From Thermodesulfobacteriota bacterium (lineage in GTDB: Bacteria > Desulfobacterota > Desulfarculia > JACQYL01): a stretch of 64,000 nucleotides of DNA. A model generated the notes under the pieces. That model did not search any database and was not told where the DNA came from. It saw only the letters and a list, made by a program, of their open reading frames with translations. Below are positions 38,305-48,001 of the stretch, piece by piece. A program made the translations under genes and the position numbers. Each line of letters starts with the position of its first letter. Within the stretch, counting starts at the first letter, position 1. The stretch spans positions 64,001 through 128,000 of the forward strand of contig CAXXLZ010000003.1 in NCBI GenBank assembly GCA_963675595.2. The letters are read 5' to 3'.

Positions 38305-39453
38305 ATGAATCTGGAAACCGGAGTAGAGGTGCTCAGGGGAGGAGACGCGAAAGGCAACGGGATGATCATCCGACTGAGACTGCCCTCGGGCAGGGAGATC
38401 ATCGGAATCGCCACGGAAAACGACTACGGCGGGGAATGGGACCTGGGGCCCACATGGAACTACCTGGTCCGGGGGGACCGGTCATTCCTGGTGGATACGG
38501 GTAATAAGGGGATGGGGCGAAGAATCCTCGACGCCATGGATTATGTGGGGTTTCGTCCGCAAGATCTGGACTTCGTGGTGGTGAGTCACGGGCATGAAGA
38601 TCACGACGGCGGATTGTGCGAGATCGGGCGCTCCACCGGGGCCGACATCGTGGCTCATGAAAACTACGAGCCTTTGATCCGATACTACCCCGGAGAGACG
38701 CCTCCAAGCGCCTTCCCGGACTTTCCCGCTTCCTGCTGGCATTGTCCCATGCCCAGGACCTTTTCGGACACTCACTGTCTGCACTACCACAAAGAGCGAA
38801 GCACGCTGAAGGTCCAACCGATTTCCGGCACGGGAAACGAGCTGTGCCAAGGCGTTCGCGCCTGGCATACCCCGGGACACTGTCCGGATTCCCTGGCGAT
38901 CTTCATCGATAACGAAGCGATTCTTCCGGGAGACACCGTGCTTCCGGACATTACGCCGCTTCCCACTCAGGAGCGGATGTTTCACCTGACCAAAGCGGTA
39001 CTTCCCGACGAATACGCCGAGCCCGACCATATCTACGGCCTTCGAGCCTACCTGCGGACCCTGAAGGGATTGAAGGACGCGACCGCGGACCGTCCGGGAA
39101 TGCTCGTATTGCAGGCTCACCGGCTGTTCTACAATTCCGGATGGAACGAAATTGATCTGAGCCTGCGCGTGGACGAACTGTTCGAACATCACATTCAGCG
39201 CTGTGGAGCCATTCTGGATATTTTGCGGGACGGCCCCAAAACCGCCGAACAAATCTCCCTCGAGTATTTCGAGCCCTCGTTGCTCAAAGGATACGGAATC
39301 CTCCTGGCCGTTGGAGAAATCCTGAGTCACGCCGAACTGCTGTCGTCCTGCGGGGACGTGGTCTTTCTCACCGAAGACAAGGTGGAGGCCACCGGCACTC
39401 GCAATTTCGAATCCCTGATCCGCGATCTTTCTCCGAGAAACGTATCTATTTAA
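38305..39453 (+). CDS. MBL-fold metallo-hydrolase
   Basis: LVDTG, SHGHEDHDGG (HxHxDH), HTPGH, PGD, QAH. Confidence 0.9.
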   Translation: MNLETGVEVLRGGDAKGNGMIIRLRLPSGREIIGIATENDYGGEWDLGPTWNYLVRGDRSFLVDTGNKGMGRRILDAMDYVGFRPQDLDFVVVSHGHEDHDGGLCEIGRSTGADIVAHENYEPLIRYYPGETPPSAFPDFPASCWHCPMPRTFSDTHCLHYHKERSTLKVQPISGTGNELCQGVRAWHTPGHCPDSLAIFIDNEAILPGDTVLPDITPLPTQERMFHLTKAVLPDEYAEPDHIYGLRAYLRTLKGLKDATADRPGMLVLQAHRLFYNSGWNEIDLSLRVDELFEHHIQRCGAILDILRDGPKTAEQISLEYFEPSLLKGYGILLAVGEILSHAELLSSCGDVVFLTEDKVEATGTRNFESLIRDLSPRNVSI

Positions 39454-39455
39454 GG

Positions 39456-39825
39456 GTAAGCATTCATTGGGGGAACCCGCCTATTGCAGGGGCAGGCCAC
39501 AGTGCCTGCCCATAAGACGGCCGAAGGCCCTCTTTGTCATCCGTGCTCGCCGCGCCGCCGCTCCCCCGGGGAACCCATAGAAAAGTCCCTTCCCTGAAGG
39601 ATTACCCCCCAAACGTGCACGTTCATAGGCTGGTTGGGTTCGGCCCGGGAGCGCCGAGCCCCAGCTCGGCACCGGCGTTTCGCTTCTGCTGAATCGCCTA
39701 TGCCGTTGGCAAAACGAGCAGCATGTACCGTCCAACAGATTAAGATGCCTGAAGTTTTTAGGAAGGAGCCCGAGGGAACCCTTTTTTCAAAAAGGGTTCC
39801 CTCGGATACCCCTCTGAATACTCAC
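39456..39825. mobile_element. Putative ~370-bp MITE containing element B copy 2
   Basis: Imperfect terminal inverted repeats GTAAGCATTCA and TGAATACTCAC; no convincing ORF; no clear target-site duplication. Confidence 0.5.
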
Positions 39826-40027
39826 TTGGGAAGGTCTTTCCGAATCGCCTCTGAACACGTACCTGCAATGAACATCCATCCCGAGTCTTTTTGACTCTTC
39901 TTCCAGGCGCTGATACATGGTATAAGTATGTCTGATCAGCTGAAACGCGGCCATGGACCGCTGAGCCTTGCATCGAACCGCTAATCGGCCTTCGCGAGTG
40001 AAATCCGGCGGCTAAAAAGGGGGACGC

Positions 40028-40675
40028 ATGGAATCGAAGATCGGCAAGATTGTACTCGACAAGCACCAGGACGAACTGATGGGCCATCTGGAAACGTACC
40101 GGGAGCGAGCGTTGGAATTGGGTGCGGACCGTGCCAAGGTCATCCCTGTGAAAGACATCCCCGTGGACGATCGGGTACCGCTCAAGTGTCAGATTCCGAG
40201 ATGCTTCGGTTACGGGACCGGGGCCCATTGTCCTCCGAACACGATCAAGCCGGCGGAACTCAGGGAATATTTCAAACTCTACGACTGGGCGGTGTTTTTC
40301 ACCAAGGACGTGGAGCCGCCGGTCATCGTGCGGGACAAGGAAACCATCCAGGAACGGGTGGCCGTGTATCAGAACGTGTTTGAAATCGTCAACAAGGTGG
40401 AGTCCATGGCGTTCTACGACGGTCACTACCACGCGTTCGGATTCGGAGCGGGTTCGTGCAGACACACGTACTGCGGGCGGGAAAAGACCTGTCAGGCTCT
40501 GGAAGGCGGGAAATGCCGGTTCTCGTTACTTTCGAGACCGTCCATGGAAGCCGTAGGCATCGACGTGTACCGGCTGACCACTTCCCTGGGCTGGGACATC
40601 TATCCCATCGGAAGCAGCGCCCGACCGGAACGCATCGTCAAAGGTACTTTGGCCGGAATTGTGATTGTGCAGTAG
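40028..40675 (+). CDS. DUF2284 Cys-rich metal-binding protein
   Basis: LKCQIPRC.GYG...HCPP, GAGSC...C, C...C, RPSMEAVGIDV. Confidence 0.88.
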   Translation: MESKIGKIVLDKHQDELMGHLETYRERALELGADRAKVIPVKDIPVDDRVPLKCQIPRCFGYGTGAHCPPNTIKPAELREYFKLYDWAVFFTKDVEPPVIVRDKETIQERVAVYQNVFEIVNKVESMAFYDGHYHAFGFGAGSCRHTYCGREKTCQALEGGKCRFSLLSRPSMEAVGIDVYRLTTSLGWDIYPIGSSARPERIVKGTLAGIVIVQ

Positions 40676-40727
40676 GGGGGATGCAAAGGAGGGGTTTGGG
40701 GAGGAGACTACCCGACGGGGAAATACT

Positions 40728-41687
40728 TCAGCGGACCAATCGGACAAAATCCATGCACAGCTCGCGTTCCTGCGCGAGCTTTGTCATGAATACTTGAAAT
40801 TCGGCGATATGGGCCATGTCCATGGTGCGATTCATCGGCGCCTGAGCGACTTGTTCGAGAGGGAAGACGAACTCGTTCCACCCGTGTTGCGCAACCACCG
40901 TTCTGTTGAATCGATCGTCATATTGGAGGCCCGTGGATTCATGCCGGCGGTCGTGAATCCGGCAAGTGAGGGTCGCGGGCGTGTCGGACGGATTCAATAT
41001 GCCGAATCGTAGTTCCTTATAGCCGCGCCAATCGCGTGGCAGATATCGTAGTCCGACTCCCGAGTAAAGCTCGGTGGTAAATCTGATCCTGCCCGAGCAT
41101 TTTCCGTGTTGCGCGTGGTCGCAATCGAGGGTGATCCTCTCGCTCCCCTCCCAGCGTGTCAGTTCGGCGGAAGTTTCAAAGTCCGCCAGAACAGGGAACC
41201 GACGGCTTGCGTGAAATTCGTCCGCCAACGCGCCGGCCAAGGGAGCCGCTTCGATCAGAACCAGCAGAGCCAGGCCCAAGTGAAGAACGGTCGGACGTGG
41301 AGCCGTGCCGCGCTCCATGAACCAATCGCGGATTGAAATCCCCACCAAGCAGCCGATGAGATTCTTTTCGATGTCCCCATAGTCGAAGGTGCGTCCCAGG
41401 TGGGACTGGATGAGTTCGATCAGCAGGCTTGCCGACGTGATACCCAGTACGAGGAGGGCGCTTCTGAGAAGCGATCCGCCCCGGGACGAGCTTTTCCAGC
41501 GCAGGGAGATCAACAATGAAATGACGGCGAAGCACGGAATGTGACCGAAGTTCCAAAATTCTCTTACGGACCGTTCCTGGAGTCCGTTCGATGGTACCAG
41601 GAACAACAGAACCAAGGTGACCCCAATAACGACGGCGAGTACGATATTCCCGGTGCCGAGCACACGGAGAAAGTGTCTTCTGTTCAT
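40728..41687 (-). CDS. VanZ-family membrane protein with a C-terminal carbohydrate-binding-like domain
   Basis: WNFGH, IELIQ..LGR..DYGD...NLIG; soluble beta-rich C-terminus (DWRGYKELRF, GWNEF). Confidence 0.75.
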   Translation of the reverse strand: MNRRHFLRVLGTGNIVLAVVIGVTLVLLFLVPSNGLQERSVREFWNFGHIPCFAVISLLISLRWKSSSRGGSLLRSALLVLGITSASLLIELIQSHLGRTFDYGDIEKNLIGCLVGISIRDWFMERGTAPRPTVLHLGLALLVLIEAAPLAGALADEFHASRRFPVLADFETSAELTRWEGSERITLDCDHAQHGKCSGRIRFTTELYSGVGLRYLPRDWRGYKELRFGILNPSDTPATLTCRIHDRRHESTGLQYDDRFNRTVVAQHGWNEFVFPLEQVAQAPMNRTMDMAHIAEFQVFMTKLAQERELCMDFVRLVR

Positions 41688-41715
41688 GACCACCGCTGCA
41701 TGGATATGGAACCGA

Positions 41716-42873
41716 TCACCTATCCGACGGAGACCACAGGGTAATCCTGCGTCCCATGAGAAACAGGCACCATGCGTGCGCAATGGAGAGGTTGACCGTG
41801 AAGAAGTACGCGGCAAATCGGAACAATCCGATGGACCGCAGGGATTTCAAGCGCAACGCCAAGCCTGCGAAAGAATAGAAGACGATCTGGCAATAAAGCA
41901 GCAGACGATAGCCCATTGAGTCGGATGCGGACAAGACGGATAGGACCAGAATGAGAATCATACACAAGGGAACCAGCCATCTGAGCAGCTTATGGCACAG
42001 GTATTGGTAGGAAAACAGTCCATATTTATAGGGATTGAGAAACCCGAGGTTGTAGGAGAAAGCGGTCATGCCTCGTAGTACCGTTCGCACCTTGCGTTGA
42101 AACTCCTTCTTAGGATTTGCCAAGTCCGAATAGGAACCAATGGCCTCCGGATCGGTAACCGACCGGAGCCCAAGCTTCACACTGTTCAGCACCGTCCGGA
42201 AGTCGCTTGGAAGTTCCGTTGAAAAATCGGAACAGACTTCACTTCTTGCCGCGAAAAAAGACCCGCTCATGCCTACGAGGGAACCCACCCCGGATTCAAG
42301 TCTTCGGAGCCACATCTCATAGCGAACGTACAGGCCTTCTCCTCCAGTCGGCACACCGGAAGCATCCAGGATGCGGTCTTCGCTGCTCACGCATCCCACC
42401 GTCGAATCCGCAAAGTTCGAAACGATCCGCGCGAGTCCCCCCGGCTCGAGCATGGTGGCCGTGTCGGTGAATGCCAGGACCTTTCCCGAAGCGGACTCCA
42501 CGGCCGCCTTCTGGGCGGCTTCCTTCCCTCGTCTGAAGGGAAGGGCCAGGAGCCGTACATTATTTCGCGCGAATTCGGCGACAATGGCGTTGGTCTCGTC
42601 CGTGGATCCGTCGGAAGCGACGATCACTTCGAGTTTTTCAGTGGGATACTCCAACAGGAGCGTATTCTCCAGTTTGGTTCGAATCCGTTTCACTTCATTA
42701 TGCGCGGTAATGATCAAGGAGACGGGTGGAAAGAATGGAGCCCGTGCAACGTTTCGTTCTTGGAAACGCGAGAGCACGAGCAGGCTGAGCGGATACCCCA
42801 GGTAGGCGTGGAAGATCAGTGCGAAGGCCGCAACTGTCGGGATGTCGGAGACGGTGAATTGGAGCTGTGTCAT
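41716..42873 (-). CDS. Glycosyltransferase family 2
   Basis: SLIITAHNE, ASDGSTD, GKEAA, FTD, EFQRKVR, HKLLRW. Confidence 0.9.
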   Translation of the reverse strand: MTQLQFTVSDIPTVAAFALIFHAYLGYPLSLLVLSRFQERNVARAPFFPPVSLIITAHNEVKRIRTKLENTLLLEYPTEKLEVIVASDGSTDETNAIVAEFARNNVRLLALPFRRGKEAAQKAAVESASGKVLAFTDTATMLEPGGLARIVSNFADSTVGCVSSEDRILDASGVPTGGEGLYVRYEMWLRRLESGVGSLVGMSGSFFAARSEVCSDFSTELPSDFRTVLNSVKLGLRSVTDPEAIGSYSDLANPKKEFQRKVRTVLRGMTAFSYNLGFLNPYKYGLFSYQYLCHKLLRWLVPLCMILILVLSVLSASDSMGYRLLLYCQIVFYSFAGLALRLKSLRSIGLFRFAAYFFTVNLSIAHAWCLFLMGRRITLWSPSDR

Positions 42874-43502
42874 GATAGGCGGAGTACGGGTAACTGGAGA
42901 AGCGAACGTTGAATGGCCGAGTAGGACAGCCGAAATTCATTCGTGCCCCGACCAAAGGGATCGAGGATATTATATTTCAAAACGTGTCGATTCCCGGTTT
43001 CGGTGCGGGGCAGGAAGAGGGGCAGTAGAAATACCTTGTTTTTGTATGCGGGGTACCTTAAACGAAGCGTTCGGAAATGACTCGCGTCCATGGCGAACAC
43101 GATGTCCGCATCTTCCATCATGCCCGCGGTGGTTCTGGTGGACCTGTGCTCTTTGAGGTCAACGCCGAATTCTCCTGCGGCAATGACGGCGTTTTCCGGA
43201 CAAAGACCCCCTTCTTGGGCCTCTGTTCCCGCGGAAAGAATTGACAGGTTTTCACGATGGCTTCCAATCATTTCGATCGCGAGTTTCTCGGCAAAAGGGC
43301 TTCTACAGATGTTTCCCTTACAGACAAAGAGAAGAGAAGACGGGTCGGCAGGCAGGGTGGGGTTTTGTAGGCTCGCTCCGTACAAGCACCAGAAAAGGTC
43401 TTTTAGTTGAGCCTTGACACGAGTCTTTGCCGAGCGAAGGAAGGAATCGTCCGTCGGTTTGACGGATCTCCAAAGAACGGCGTCCTTGTCATGTGGAAGC
43501 AT
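42870..43502 (-). CDS. Low-molecular-weight protein tyrosine phosphatase (Wzb-like)
   Basis: P-loop FVCKGNICRSP, SAGT, AMD, ILDPF. Start uncertain. Confidence 0.88.
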   Translation of the reverse strand: MLPHDKDAVLWRSVKPTDDSFLRSAKTRVKAQLKDLFWCLYGASLQNPTLPADPSSLLFVCKGNICRSPFAEKLAIEMIGSHRENLSILSAGTEAQEGGLCPENAVIAAGEFGVDLKEHRSTRTTAGMMEDADIVFAMDASHFRTLRLRYPAYKNKVFLLPLFLPRTETGNRHVLKYNILDPFGRGTNEFRLSYSAIQRSLLQLPVLRLS

Positions 43503-44583
43503 AAAGCTCACCGTAGGCTTCCGCCATCCGTCTTGTGGAGAAGCTGTCTCGGATTCGCTCACGGGCCGAAAGAGACATGCTTTGCCGCAGGTCAGGGTTA
43601 CGAATCAGTCGCAAGCACGCGACGGCAAAGGCTTCCGGGTTTCTGTCTTGAACCAGAAACCCGTCGACACCGTCCCGGACCACCTCGGGAATGCCGCCGA
43701 CGGCGGGAGCCACCACGGGAACTCCGGCGTTCATAGCTTCCAGGATGCTCATGGGAATGCCTTCGTGTACCGAGGTATTCAAGAACACGGACAGCCCATT
43801 GTAGAAGGAAGTCATCTCGTCCAACTGACCGGGCAACTCAAAGACATCATCAAGTTCGTACCGGTGAATCGAATGAAGAATGCGTGGTCGTTCTGGTCCG
43901 TCCCCGGGAAGGACGAAGCGGATCGGTGTGCACTCCTTGGCAAGCAAATGAGCAACCTCCACCATTAGCAGGTAATCCTTGACCGGGAATAACCGTCCGC
44001 AGGAACCGATCGTGGGAGTCCCATCGGATCCAATATCCAAGAACTCCTCCGCAAGCGCAATGCCGTTGTGAATGACTCGCACCCTTCCATTCGGGAATCC
44101 ATGATCGGTGGTAAGGCGATCCTTGATATCGCGGGAAACAGCCACGGTGGACTGAAAGCGATGGCGAAGCAGTCTGAAATTGGCAAACCTGATCAAACGG
44201 GATCGAAGCGAGCGCCCGTCGTGGGATTCCGGCATTCCGTGTTGCGTGGCAACCAAACGGCAAGTCACTTTCCGAGGAATAGCGAGATAAGCAAGGAAAT
44301 TTTCCTTGTACCGATGGGAATGTACAATGTCCGGCCTCCATTGGCAGAGAACCTTCCGAGTTCGGCGAACCAAGGATGGAAAAAGAACCCCGCACTCGGG
44401 AATAAGCTCAACGGGAACTCCTTCGGGCTTCAATTCCTGCGCGAGACGGCCGGGATTCAACAGCAGTACACGGAGATCAATATCGCCCCGACGCGCCGAT
44501 TCCCTGATAAGCTGGAAGGCCATGACTTCGGCGCCGGCCCAAAGATCGCCGGAGAGGATGTGACAGACACGGATGGGCTTCAA
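43489..44583 (-). CDS. Glycosyltransferase family 4
   Basis: SGDLWAGAE, IHNGI, GRLFPVK, EGIPMSILEAM, GGIPE. Start uncertain (TTG 44583 chosen). Confidence 0.9.
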   Translation of the reverse strand: MKPIRVCHILSGDLWAGAEVMAFQLIRESARRGDIDLRVLLLNPGRLAQELKPEGVPVELIPECGVLFPSLVRRTRKVLCQWRPDIVHSHRYKENFLAYLAIPRKVTCRLVATQHGMPESHDGRSLRSRLIRFANFRLLRHRFQSTVAVSRDIKDRLTTDHGFPNGRVRVIHNGIALAEEFLDIGSDGTPTIGSCGRLFPVKDYLLMVEVAHLLAKECTPIRFVLPGDGPERPRILHSIHRYELDDVFELPGQLDEMTSFYNGLSVFLNTSVHEGIPMSILEAMNAGVPVVAPAVGGIPEVVRDGVDGFLVQDRNPEAFAVACLRLIRNPDLRQSMSLSARERIRDSFSTRRMAEAYGELYAST

Positions 44584-44788
44584 TAAGGACGGCTCAGAGA
44601 GCGTCGGCGATTCTGCATATATTCTGCGCCGCGGCGGGTGAGAGGTTTTGATGCATGCCCACACATTCTATCGTGAACATATCCGGTTTCAAAAAATAAA
44701 CACCAGTGCATAAATATTCAAATAACAACTGGTTTACACAGCGAATTTGGCCATCTACATTGCCTTAGCAATCGTTGGTCTCGATCAT

Positions 44789-45904
44789 TCACTGCCCTCT
44801 CAGGACACGAAGGTTCTGGGGCTTTTCAAGCTTGTCATAGGCGCTCGTACCAATCATGGGATTTCCGAACGAATCTTTTCCGGTAGGTGTCTCATTGGTG
44901 ATTAAAACATCATCAATGAAAAGAGATTGCTCTTGAATGGTGCCTCCATTCCAGTAGCTCATGAGATACGTCCCCGACGCAGTGTCGTCGTGCGATGTTA
45001 GGGTGGGCGTCTCTGAGTCCTCGATTACCAATGCCTCATTCTTCCATATACGAATTATGCCTTTATTCGAGGAAAAGCGCACGTATATCTCCAGCGATAT
45101 CCATTGATCGGGTTCAAGTTGGAATTCAGTTGCGCGTTCTGCTTTGCCAACTTCATTCGAAAGCATAATAAATCCGTTTTTTTCGGACAAGATTGAAATC
45201 CAACCGAGATGATTACCTGTTGCGGATAGCACACGCGCAATGCGAAAAAGCTTAACCCTCGGCGCGCATTCCCAGGTCCAAGGAGACTGAAAGAAGAAGA
45301 AAGCTCGACCCCAGACTTCATCACCTTCGTGTAGCTTGCGGTTTATGCCGTCAAAACTCCAGTTTGAATACGCTCTGCATACTCCAAAGCCGTTTGTCCC
45401 ATGACTTAAACTGACGGCTGGACCTTCATCCTCCGCTACAGGAAGGCCATAACCGGCGTGTATCCAAATCGTGTTTGCGCTAGAATCAGCTTTGTGTGAA
45501 GTGACAAAGACACCATCGTTGTGGCGAGAACCATGGACGAGCAATTGAGTGCTTCGAGGCAAGCCCTCCAGTCCCCCTGAACTGTCTATTATCGCATTGT
45601 TCTCACGGCTGAAACTGATCATTTTGCTAGTGTGCGACCAGATAGGATACGGATAAGTCATTTTGATGGATTTCGTTCCGTTATGAGCCATTGAACTTGT
45701 CACTAGGGTTAAACCTCCCGCATCTGAGAAACCCGCTGACGCGACCGGCTTTTGGCCTACTTCCAGTTCTTCAGAATTAACTTCAAAAGTCCATGCAAAA
45801 CATGGTGGATAAAACAACCCTCCTAAATGGAAAACCAAAAACGTAAACCAAAGGATGCCGCAAATTTTTAAAGAACTGTTAAACTTAATTAATCGTTCAA
45901 GCAT
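44789..45904 (-). CDS. Secreted protein, polysaccharide-lyase/lectin-like beta fold
   Basis: Signal peptide; VWGRAFFFF, KLFR, WISLEIYVRF..GIIRIWKN, YWNGG, FIDDV pattern. Low GC. Confidence 0.5.
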   Translation of the reverse strand: MLERLIKFNSSLKICGILWFTFLVFHLGGLFYPPCFAWTFEVNSEELEVGQKPVASAGFSDAGGLTLVTSSMAHNGTKSIKMTYPYPIWSHTSKMISFSRENNAIIDSSGGLEGLPRSTQLLVHGSRHNDGVFVTSHKADSSANTIWIHAGYGLPVAEDEGPAVSLSHGTNGFGVCRAYSNWSFDGINRKLHEGDEVWGRAFFFFQSPWTWECAPRVKLFRIARVLSATGNHLGWISILSEKNGFIMLSNEVGKAERATEFQLEPDQWISLEIYVRFSSNKGIIRIWKNEALVIEDSETPTLTSHDDTASGTYLMSYWNGGTIQEQSLFIDDVLITNETPTGKDSFGNPMIGTSAYDKLEKPQNLRVLRGQ

Positions 45905-45914
45905 TGTATTGTCC

Positions 45915-46883
45915 TCATTTTCTTTGAGGAATTACCTCGAAGATGCTAAGAAAGCGGGCGAAAAAGTAAAGAAAATACAACCCGATTCCAATCAAAATGC
46001 TTCTTGAGTTTAGTTTGAACCGATTTAATGCAGCTGCTAAGCATATGCAAATGGATAGAATCAACCATAATGTTATAGGAATGTACTCCCCAATAAATGT
46101 GGGCAACAAACTTAGCGGGAGACCAAAATATATGATGAAACTGGCGAGAGATACCTTGGATTTGATGAAATACTTCAAGCATTGCAAATCGCCGGTTCCA
46201 TGCCACTTTTCCCTATGGATAAATGCGGCAATCGTTTTAGGAAAACCCAAATGGTAGGCAATCAATTCAGGATTTGAAGCAATGACTCCACTGTTTTCAA
46301 CTGCTCTTAAACAGAATTCTACGTCTTCTCCCGTTCGTAGGGTTTCGTCAAAACCGCCGATCTGGGAGAAGAATCTTTCACCCACGATGAGATGACCGGA
46401 ATTGATATATTGTTTGTTTTGTCGCAGTTTGGAAGGATCAAACCAGAGTCTCTCCAACGCGGAAGGATGGGTTGGTATGTTGCACATGGATCCGGAAACC
46501 AATTCGCCGATTTCTAATATCTGACGATATACACATAAAAATTCTGATCCCCACCTTCCATTCAAGCATATGTCACCGTCCAGGAAGACTAAGACCTTTC
46601 CATTTGCACGCCTAGCGCCAAGGTTTCGTAGGGCACCGATCGTTATTTTCGGACACATAATTACCATATCAACACCTGAGGACTCTGCAATTTCTACCGT
46701 ATTGTCTCGGGAACCATTATCTACCAGGATGATTTCATATGACAAGCTTCCATCCATGGTTACATGGATGGAAGAGATAAGTCGTGCTATGTTGTCTGCT
46801 TCGTCCAAGGTAGGTATAATGAAGCTCACGTCGCACACGATGGACAACGGTAAATCTCCTTTGCCAAGGTAAAATCGGACCAT
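45915..46883 (-). CDS. Glycosyltransferase family 2
   Basis: SFIIPTLDE, VDNGSRD, RNLGA, FLDGD, GGFDE..GED. Confidence 0.9.
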   Translation of the reverse strand: MVRFYLGKGDLPLSIVCDVSFIIPTLDEADNIARLISSIHVTMDGSLSYEIILVDNGSRDNTVEIAESSGVDMVIMCPKITIGALRNLGARRANGKVLVFLDGDICLNGRWGSEFLCVYRQILEIGELVSGSMCNIPTHPSALERLWFDPSKLRQNKQYINSGHLIVGERFFSQIGGFDETLRTGEDVEFCLRAVENSGVIASNPELIAYHLGFPKTIAAFIHREKWHGTGDLQCLKYFIKSKVSLASFIIYFGLPLSLLPTFIGEYIPITLWLILSICICLAAALNRFKLNSRSILIGIGLYFLYFFARFLSIFEVIPQRK

Positions 46884-46897
46884 AAATGCAAGGTTTT

Positions 46898-48001
46898 TTA
46901 CCTAAAAGCTTCAATATAGGATGCTTCATAACAGTTAAGCATACGCTTTAGACTATACTCCTTGGTTACTTCATCGTACGCGTTCCTTACAAGGCTATGC
47001 ATGAGTGTTGAATCATTGAGATAAGTCTTTATTGCACTGTACAAGCCTGACTCGGAACACTCAGTCACTATGCCGCTATAGCCGTGCGATAATATCTCTT
47101 CAGGTCCCCCACTGCGTGTTACTATGACCGGTATGCGGCAGGCCATGGCCTCAATGGTGGACATTGAGAATCCTTCAGATAGCGAAGTGATTACAAAGAT
47201 GTCCAGATTGTTCAGAAACTCTGCTGCGTTCTGCATGAAACCGAGGAAATGGAACGCATGTTCAAGGTTGAGTTGTTTTCGAAGTCGCAGCAAGGACTCA
47301 TAAAGTGTATCTGAACCCTGCCCCGCAATAACGAACCTAGTGTCTGGAAACTTATCATGCACGAGACGGGCGACCTTTAGGAACAAGTCGTACGACTTGG
47401 CCGGTCGGATGTTTCCCAATGCGCCGATGAGCATATGATCCGGGCCGATGCCCAGTCTTCGCCTGATGCTTTCGTCTTTTTTAGGTCGAAAAACTGAGAT
47501 ATCAATCCCGTTGTGGATAGTGACTGCCTTCTGGGGGGAAATCCCGTGAGTATGTAAGTAATGGGTGCTAAGCTTGTTCGACACAAACACGATCTTTTGG
47601 GAGCCCATGTTGAGAAGGCGACACTTGATTCGCATGAGCCGTTCGGTTTCGCTGGTGTCCACGAATCCGTGGAATGTGGAGACCACCGGGACTCGGCAGA
47701 TCAAACCGGCCAGCGAGCAATAAAGGTTCGAACCCAGAAGATGGGACTGGACGAGGTTGATGCCATGCTCCCGGATGATGTTCACCAAACCTAACAAATA
47801 ACGGAGATTGAAGCTCCCTTTGCAGGGAATCAAGATGGGGTCGATTCCGTGCTTTCGAAGGGTATCGTAAACCCACCCGAAACCGGTGATTGCGGCGAAG
47901 GAACGAAAACGTCGGACATCGAGGCCCTTCGCCAAATTAATGAAAACCGTCTCGGCGCCACCCGGTCCCGTGGTATCGATAGTGTGGAGAATTCGAATCA
48001 T
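46898..48001 (-). CDS. Glycosyltransferase family 4
   Basis: GPGGAE, IHNGID, GNIRPAK, EGFSMSTIEAMA. Confidence 0.92.
   Translation of the reverse strand: MIRILHTIDTTGPGGAETVFINLAKGLDVRRFRSFAAITGFGWVYDTLRKHGIDPILIPCKGSFNLRYLLGLVNIIREHGINLVQSHLLGSNLYCSLAGLICRVPVVSTFHGFVDTSETERLMRIKCRLLNMGSQKIVFVSNKLSTHYLHTHGISPQKAVTIHNGIDISVFRPKKDESIRRRLGIGPDHMLIGALGNIRPAKSYDLFLKVARLVHDKFPDTRFVIAGQGSDTLYESLLRLRKQLNLEHAFHFLGFMQNAAEFLNNLDIFVITSLSEGFSMSTIEAMACRIPVIVTRSGGPEEILSHGYSGIVTECSESGLYSAIKTYLNDSTLMHSLVRNAYDEVTKEYSLKRMLNCYEASYIEAFR

Noticed and set aside
36688-39825. Repeats considered as a CRISPR array or integron attC sites
   Set aside because: Only two copies of each, separated by whole genes; no regular spacers, cas genes, integrase or RYYYAAC/GTTRRRY ends.
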